Source of the DNA: Candidatus Nanosynbacter lyticus
GTDB lineage: Bacteria; Patescibacteriota; Saccharimonadia; Saccharimonadales; Saccharimonadaceae
DNA: 32,000 nt
Assembly: GCF_030253515.1 (NCBI RefSeq)
Contig: NZ_CP124549.1
Coordinates: 510,001-542,000 of the forward strand
Reading direction: 5' to 3'
The notes beneath the pieces are model-generated. The model saw only the letters and a list, made by a program, of their open reading frames with translations, had not been told where the DNA came from and did no database searches. Each line of letters opens with the position of its first letter. Positions within the stretch are counted from its first letter, which is position 1. Of this stretch, positions 31,261 to 32,000 are shown piece after piece. The position numbers and the translations under genes are program-made.

Positions 31261-31274
31261 CAGTATTAATACAT

Positions 31275-32000
31275 CTAGACAACAATATTCACCAACTTCC
31301 CCGGCACATAAATCACCTTTTTCGGTGTCCGGGCGTCGAGATAGGCGCGAACCTTCTCGTCATCCAGCGCTCGTTGCTCAATCGTCTCTTTATCAGCGTC
31401 AGCCGGCAGCTCCAGCCGTGATCGAAGCTTACCATTGACTTGAACGATGATGGTCATCACATCGCTCACCAGATATTTCTCATCCCACTTTGGCCAGTGA
31501 TTGACATGAATAGTGTCACTATGGCCCAACTCCTGCCACAATTCCTCAGTGATATGCGGCGCAAATGGTGCGAGAATTTGCAGCAGACTCTCCAGGGTAA
31601 ACCGCCATATTTCTGACGCTTGAACGCCATGCTTTTCTTTGATTTTATACAGGCCGTTCACCATCTCCATCATCGCCGCCACTGCCGTGTTGAACTTTTC
31701 ATCCTCAATATCGCGGGTGACTTTCTTGATAGTGAGGTGAGTGAGGCGCAATAATTCAGAAGAATCAGTCGATGACGATGGGTCGCTCAAGGAAGGGTTA
31801 GTGGATGGTGATGTGTCCGCAACCACAAACTCCTGCACTAAATTCCACACTCGGTTTAAGAACCGATACGTCCCCGGCACTCCGCGCGGATCCCACGGCG
31901 CATCCATATCGTACGGCGCGATAAACATCTCATAGACGCGCAGCGCATCAGCGCCATAACCGCTGTCCATGATTTCCATTGGATCGATAACATTGCCCTT
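31275..32000 (-). CDS. leuS: Leucine--tRNA ligase, C-terminal part (5' end beyond the window)
   Basis: The frame stays open to the window edge. Residues encoded at 32000-31980 read KGNVIDP (the tail of KMSKSKGNVIDP), followed by GADALRVYEMF, RFLNRVWN, the anticodon-binding region and a C-terminal ...VIYVPGKLVNIVV. Confidence 0.9.
   Translation of the reverse strand, partial: KGNVIDPMEIMDSGYGADALRVYEMFIAPYDMDAPWDPRGVPGTYRFLNRVWNLVQEFVVADTSPSTNPSLSDPSSSTDSSELLRLTHLTIKKVTRDIEDEKFNTAVAAMMEMVNGLYKIKEKHGVQASEIWRFTLESLLQILAPFAPHITEELWQELGHSDTIHVNHWPKWDEKYLVSDVMTIIVQVNGKLRSRLELPADADKETIEQRALDDEKVRAYLDARTPKKVIYVPGKLVNIVV

Noticed and set aside
1-32000. Alternative genetic code (for example UGA recoding, as in some candidate phyla)
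   Set aside because: Long housekeeping ORFs are uninterrupted under the standard code. TGA also functions as a stop exactly at coupled junctions (ruvX ATGA, desulfurase GTGA, DUF218 TGATG, nusB).

Overview
This is a dense, almost unidirectional core-genome segment: 29 of 32 CDS are on the minus strand, many with abutting or overlapping stop/start codons, and the standard genetic code applies. The gene content is mostly housekeeping. Several housekeeping proteins are truncated or extended, and there is a sortase-type surface protein. Together these suggest a small-genome, Gram-positive-type lineage such as Patescibacteria/Saccharibacteria, but that is inference only because no search was possible. 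Minus-strand order, right to left: leuS (partial) | rpmF-nusB-NUDIX-rnc | pyk-pgk-tpiA-[711-aa disordered tail-anchored protein]-pcrA | two tandem DUF348/G5 cell-wall hydrolase paralogs-rsmA-pgeF | metG-tatD-two small hypotheticals | cysteine desulfurase-DUF218-mnmA | rpsP | LAxTG-anchored DUF285/BspA-like surface protein | alaS | ftsA-[537-aa bitopic membrane protein]-ruvX-mltG-KH protein. The only three plus-strand genes (5039-5881, 10020-10733, 30805-31260) have no family I recognise. Each has its own consensus promoter and converges on a core gene, and two are clearly lower in GC. I found no rRNA, tRNA, CRISPR array, transposase or integrase. The observations most worth follow-up are: (1) a recurring (TGn)TATAAT-N7-start-codon geometry implying leaderless mRNAs for at least six genes; (2) ftsA translationally coupled to an uncharacterised bitopic membrane protein; (3) a low-GC orphan with a degenerate protein-kinase-like motif pattern; (4) a 711-aa intrinsically disordered tail-anchored protein coupled to pcrA; (5) tandem YabE-type and RpfB-type G5 paralogs with swapped catalytic domains next to rsmA; (6) a 49-aa Cys-less L32 gene missed by the ORF track.
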